A DNA stretch of 26,694 bases from Gammaproteobacteria bacterium (lineage in GTDB: Bacteria > Pseudomonadota > Gammaproteobacteria > GCA-002705445 > GCA-002716945). The stretch spans positions 1-26,694 of the forward strand of contig JAYQJW010000005.1 of NCBI GenBank assembly GCA_038142325.1, written 5' to 3'. The notes beneath the pieces are model-generated. The model ran no database searches, was not told the origin of the DNA, and saw only the letters and a program-made list of their open reading frames with translations. This document shows positions 25,282 to 26,694 of the stretch, one piece after another; position 1 is the first letter of the stretch; every line of letters begins with the position of its first letter. Position numbers and translations under genes: made by a program.

Positions 25282-26694
25282 TTAATCACTATCACTATCA
25301 TCACCAGTATCTAACATACAACCTGTTTGTTGTTGTTCTTTAACTGATACACCTACCATCATTTTACCAGTTTTACTATTGCCTTCTATTCTAAATTGTT
25401 CTTCACACCATTTATAAAACTCATCTCTACCATACTGCCTTCTTTCTCTGTAAGGCATTCTCTTATATTCATCATCATAAGTTAATAGTATCCCACATAT
25501 CCTTTAATCTTATTGTCTTTGCTTTCTTATCTTGCTTACTATCGTTTTCTTCTACTGGGTTCTTAATATAATGATTGTTGAATAGTTTTAAGAATAGATT
25601 TTGGTTTTCAATAAACTTCTCGGTTCTATCTCTAATAGATTTTGGAATAGTAAAAATAATACCTTTATCGCCATCTGGATCTTTAAAATGTCTATATACA
25701 CCCAACAACATATCTAAAAAGCAATCTCTTACCCTCTGGATAAACTCTTGGGTTTCATAATAGGTATTACCTTCTTTGTATTGTATTCCATCAAAGGTTT
25801 TACCGATTTTCTCTGGATCATCTGTAAAATTAACAGGGAAGAATAAATCTACCAATCTTCTATAATCCGCCCTTTGTGGTTTTCCATCTAAATCTGGTGA
25901 ATTATTGAACTCCATAACAAAAGTAGCACTCATATAGAAACTTTCTGGATTACAATTCAACAATCTACCACAGAACTTACCACCACCAGTAAGGTTTCTT
26001 AACATAGCAACTCTAATAGCACCTGCTACTTCCTTGAAGTTGATATATCTTTTATTCTTTAAATTAAACATATCTGGTGAAGGTGTATTCGCCCTCTCTA
26101 CATCTTTCAATATACCATTACCAGGTTGAAAGTAATACTCACCTAATACTGCGTCCATTAATGAACCAGTAAGACCCTTACCATTACCACCTTGTCCGTT
26201 GAATAAAAATAACTTCTGGTATGCTCTACCATCTAACCCACTCGCCAATACTTTCAAAAATAATTCTCTGTGTTCTGGATCTGGGTGTATATCTTCAAAT
26301 ATCTTCGCCAACATTTCTTTTGTTTCTTGATTATGTTTATCTGTATAATCTACTTCTTTGTAATCGTATTTTGTTGATAAGGTAATATAGTCATCAAAAG
26401 TGTAATCTCTAAACTCGTCTTTTCTTAAATCATACACACCATTATTGAAACCTAATAAGAATGGATCACTATTAAAATCAGTTTCTATTTCCTTTGCTTT
26501 GGTGAGAATATGCTTAATTATATCATTCATTTTGTTAGATACACTACAATTGGTTCTTAATGTTTTTAACAACTTGTTTATATCCTTCTCATCTAACTCC
26601 ACAGCACCAACAATTTCATTATGAATAATATTAAATAAATCCTCACTTATATATCTGTATAATTTATATTGCTTATCTTTGTGAGTTTCATTAT
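25282..26694 (-). CDS. 3' part of TVpol-SF3 (D5-like) helicase; as sequenced stops at 25475, +1 frame continues to 25282
   Basis: LLGFNNGVYDL (D5-N), Walker A GQGGNGKG, Walker B YINFKE, NLTGG, MEFNN, ADYRRLV..FPVNF. Confidence 0.9.

Larger units (their letters stand above)
1..26694. mobile_element. Complete circular Polinton-like virus / virophage-like genome (26,668 bp unique)
   Basis: MCP, penton, A32 ATPase, adenain protease, tyrosine recombinase and TVpol-helicase are all present. The ends overlap by 26 bp and an ORF reads in frame through the junction. Confidence 0.9.

Noticed and set aside
18687-25490. The four other frame breaks as programmed frameshifts
   Set aside because: No canonical slippery heptamer with downstream structure was seen, directions are mixed, and each is fixed by one base in a short run. 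Indel errors are more parsimonious.
1822-25760. Other short ORFs overlapping larger genes (e.g. 1822, 3400, 5523, 8376, 12101, 12470, 14242, 17331, 17922, 19485-20643, 23321, 25575)
   Set aside because: Antisense or alternate-frame shadows of well-supported genes, mostly with non-ATG starts and biased composition.
26669-26694. Terminal repeat as a biological LTR, att site or TIR
   Set aside because: It lies mid-gene and the reading frame is restored only when one copy is removed, so it is an assembly overlap of a circular or permuted molecule.
1-26694. tRNA, rRNA, DNA methyltransferase, pPolB or RVE integrase genes
   Set aside because: No supporting motifs seen; intergenic gaps are short and AT-rich.

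Overview
This window is an apparently complete, circular, AT-rich (~30% GC by eye) genome of 26,668 bp; bases 1-26 duplicate 26669-26694. It belongs to a small eukaryotic dsDNA virus of the Polinton-like virus (PLV)/virophage supergroup. It encodes double-jelly-roll major and penton capsid proteins, an A32-like packaging ATPase, an adenain-type protease, a tyrosine recombinase, and a TVpol-SF3 helicase fusion that spans the contig junction. It also carries three fibre-like genes, two RING proteins, a PD-(D/E)XK nuclease and a TAGT/GREB1-like glycosyltransferase. No pPolB, RVE integrase or DNA methyltransferase was recognised. The main finding is a retrovirus-style -1 frameshift signal at 14126-14180 (A AAA AAC, 6-nt spacer, H-type pseudoknot). 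It would fuse a protease-processed core polyprotein to the glycosyltransferase in a Gag-Pol-like way. Other notable signals: GATC occurs only as GGATCW while RGCY, TGCA and other restriction-type words are missing; two inverted copies of a palindromic element lie on opposite sides of the circle, one abutting the recombinase gene; and the promoters and 3' hairpins are giant-virus-like. Four other frame breaks look like indel errors. Family calls rest on motif recognition by eye, not database searches.
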